DNA of 52,791 nt, counting the filler, from Porpidia crustulata (Eukaryota): NCBI GenBank assembly GCA_964255105.1. It is 4 parts of 4 records of this genome, joined end to end, with 100 filler letters (N's around TTAATTAATTAA, not from the genome) between each part and the next. Parts side by side here need not be neighbours in the genome. Positions count along the whole stretch, not along the records: positions 39,677 to 52,791 come from CAXUWE010000460.1; 3 more parts are not named here. One strand, given 5' to 3'. Within the stretch, counting starts at the first letter, position 1. Each line of letters opens with the position of its first letter. Below the pieces are notes generated by a model that saw nothing but the letters and a program-made list of their open reading frames with translations, did no database searches and was not told the origin of the DNA. Both the position numbers and the translations under genes were made by a program. This document shows, in pieces, positions 49,858-52,791 of the stretch.

Positions 49858-51339
49858 ATGGCCTCTCGTATTCCTAGTCGCGCATTAAGAAACTCTCTAA
49901 CCCGCCAATTGACCTTACCAACAATCCAACGCAGAACATTCATTTCAGCACTCGGGGGGACCAGAGTTGGCCTGACTTCACCCATACAGCCAATTTTGGG
50001 GGCATTTGTGCAGCAGACTCGTGGGGTCAAAACCATTGATTTTGCCGGGCACAAGGAGAAAGTCTTCGGTTCGTCTTGAGCTTCTAAGTGTGGGCAATTA
50101 TTGAGAATTAACAATGAGCTAGAGCGTGAGGATTGGCCACGAGAGAAGCTTTTGGTACGTTTGACGATAGCTACGCGGCAGAGTCTAGGGAAACGATGTC
50201 GGAAAAGCTTGGTGTCGTGCCTCCTCCAACATTCCATCTAATTGATATTGTAGGATTACTTTAAGAATGATACCCTTGCCCTTATCGGATATGGATCGCA
50301 AGGACACGGACAAGGACTTAACCTTCGCGACAACGGCCTGAATGTTATTATCGGTGTCCGCAAAAATGGCGCTTCGTGGAAGGAAGCTCAGCAAGATGGC
50401 TGGATTCCTGGTACCAACCTGTTCGATGTAGACGAAGCTATCTCGAAAGGAACAATTGTTATGAACTTGCTTAGCGACGCTGCTCAGAGCGAGACTTGGC
50501 CAGCGATTAAGCCACAATTGACTAAAGGCAAGGTATATGAACAAAGAATTCCCAAAGCTTCTGGAAGTAGTGCTAATCGTAGCAGACCCTGTATTTCTCT
50601 CATGGATTCTCTCCAGTCTTTAAAGATCAAACCAAAGTTGATGTGCCAACGGATATCGATGTTATTCTAGTTGCACCCAAGGGCTCAGGCCGGACTGTTC
50701 GCACGCTTTTCCGTGAGGGTCGTGGTATCAACTCCTCTGTCGCGGTCTACCAAGACGTCACAGGCAAAGCCGAGGAGAAAGCTGTCGCTCTTGGCGTTGC
50801 CGTTGGCAGTGGATATCTCTACAAAACCACGTTTGAGAAGGAAGTCTACTCGGATCTGTACGGTGAGCGTGGGTGCTTGATGGGTGGGATCCACGGCATG
50901 TTCCTCGCACAATATGAGGTCCTAAGAGAACGAGGCCACAGCCCAAGCGAAGCTTTTAACGAGACCGTCGAGGAGGCCACACAGAGCTTATACCCCTTGA
51001 TCGGAGCAAACGGTATGGATTGGATGTATGCCGCTTGCTCTACCACAGCCAGACGAGGTGCCATCGATTGGAGTGGAAAATTCAAGGATACCTTGAAACC
51101 TGTATTCAATGAATTATACGACAGCGTGAAGAGTGGAAAGGAGACAAAGAGATCACTGGACTACAATTCACAGCCAGATTATCGGGAGAAATACGAAAAG
51201 GAAATGCAAGAAATTAGGGATTTGGAGATTTGGCGTGCAGGGAAGGCGGTCCGGTAAGTATCGTATCTGTATTCGTCTTTGAGGGTAGACTAACCAAAAC
51301 AACAGGTCTCTACGTCCTGAGAACCAGATCCAGGCTTGA
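49858..51339 (+). CDS. ILV5: Mitochondrial ketol-acid reductoisomerase, 5 exons
   Basis: Arg/Ser/Thr-rich presequence, then IGYGSQGHGQGLNLRDNG, LLSDAAQ, FSHGFS, VAPKGSG, SDLYGERGCLMG, CSTTARRGA and AVRSLRPEN. Confidence 0.97.
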
Positions 51340-51603
51340 CACCTCATCTTTGACTTAATGCTTGGGCGCATCTGTATCATGCTAGCAGCATATCATGAAT
51401 TGCTGAAAAAGTTATACTACGCGCGTTTAGCCCGGGATTTGCCGACCGATAATCGGCCCCAAAACATGATTAATTTACCACCCTGCTGCATCAATGCCAA
51501 TGGTGATCTGTTTATACTACATGATGCATATTACTGATTTTCCTGGGTAGCCCTTACTGCTGCACTATCTCTACTAACTTAGGCTTCCTCCATTTTCGGC
51601 GAA

Positions 51604-52791
51604 ATGACGATCGAGCATAACCTACCACTGGAACGATCGTCAGTGCAGTCCGCCCACAAGCTCATCAAATCACATATTCACCGCACGCCTGTGCTGACAT
51701 CAACAACCCTTTCAAACCTCGCTTCTACTCCGCAGACTCCAAAAGACCTGGTTGGTACGCCTTTTGAGGGGCAAACTCCGTCGCATCCCAAGATCAATTT
51801 CTACTTCAAATGCGAGAATTATCAGCGCATCGGAGCCTTCAAGTCTCGGGGTGCTTTCCACGCCCTTTCTAGATTAAATCAAGATGACTTGTCGAGGGGC
51901 GTGGTAACTCACAGCTCTGGTACGATCCTATGGCTGATGTCATTAGTATCCCCACATAGACTATTGGCCTGACTTTTGTGAGCTTGACCATAGGTAACCA
52001 CGCACAAGCCCTCGCACTCGCTGCCCGCACCTTCGGTATCTCGGCTTATATCGTTATGCCAACAATCTCCACTCCCTCTAAAATTGCTGCGACACATAAT
52101 TACGGTGCTGAGGTCATTTTTAGTGGCAGCACATCGCAAGAGCGAGAGGCCGTTGTAGAAGAGGTCATCAAGCGGACCGGGGCAATTCTGGTACCGCCAT
52201 ATGACCATCCGAACATCATACTAGGGCAGGGGACCATGGCACTAGAGCTTGAGGAACAGGTCAAGGAGCTGGTGGCCAGTGACCCGGCGTTGAGCGTACA
52301 CCAACACCTAGATCAAGGTGTAAATGGATATACAAACGGTGATAGAATGGTAAACGGTCATCAAGTACGATTGCGTCCTAGACCCGGGCATCTCGATGCC
52401 GTCATCGCGCCTCTCGGGGGCGGCGGCATGCTTTCCGGCATAGCAACCGCCCTTCTGAATACCGGTACCGTTGTCTTTGGAGCTGAGCCTTCATTTGAGG
52501 GTGCCGACGATGGACGGCGAGGCCTTGCGGTGAATAAACGAATCGAGACGGTGAAGACGCTTACCATCGCTGATGGACTACGAACACCGGTAGGAGAGCT
52601 CACTTGGACCGTCATAAGCGACAAATCGAAAGTGCGAGGGGTCTATGCTGTGACAGAAGAGCAGATCCTCAAGGCAATGAGATTGGTCTTGGAACGCATG
52701 AAGGTATTTGTAGAACCGAGTGCGGTGGTAGGACTAGCGGTGTGTTTGTACGACGAGGAGTTTAGAGCCTTGGTGGAGAGGGAAGGGGGAG
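51604..52791 (+). CDS. SRY1: PLP-dependent serine racemase / threonine-dehydratase-like enzyme (Sry1-like); 3' end cut off by the window
   Basis: IHRTPVLTS, KCENYQRIGAFKSRGA (PLP lysine), THSSGNHAQAL across an intron, PPYDHP..GQGT, GGGGMLSG, TIADGLRTP and VEPSA. Confidence 0.85.

Noticed and set aside
1..52791. CRISPR arrays, tRNA/rRNA genes, a secondary-metabolite cluster, or clusters spanning the N gaps
   Set aside because: No regularly spaced repeats, structural RNAs or PKS/NRPS/terpene backbone genes were seen by eye (a covariance-model scan was not possible), and the gaps are artificial joins.

Overview
Intron-rich filamentous-ascomycete (Pezizomycotina) DNA. It is not one locus: three identical 100-bp spacers (N44-TTAATTAATTAA-N44) join four segments of 13134, 13125, 13117 and 13115 bp, which looks like size-sorted contigs pasted together, so gene neighbourhoods only hold within a segment. 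Segment 1 (1-13134): a degraded gene, an intact 14-exon dynamin-like/SLIP-GC-type GTPase, a TA-flanked MITE and BNI4. Segment 2 (13235-26359): S10 carboxypeptidase (truncated), RPA3, Ams2/Spt21 GATA factor, SmD2, a head-to-head DAK1/GLO2 pair and a DUF1264 protein. Segment 3 (26460-39576) is accessory-like. An intact four-gene block (orphan X1, patatin phospholipase with a C-terminal C2H2 finger, 4-TM protein, orphan paralog X2) lies among a MITE, a mutated secreted Cys-rich pseudogene, a LINE relic and a DUF1399 pseudogene. This block is the best candidate for an undescribed system. Segment 4 (39677-52791): ABZ2-like (truncated), TOM70, Btz/CASC3 protein, NBR1, ILV5 and SRY1-like (truncated). 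All gene models were spliced by hand, and family names come from recalled motifs, not database searches.
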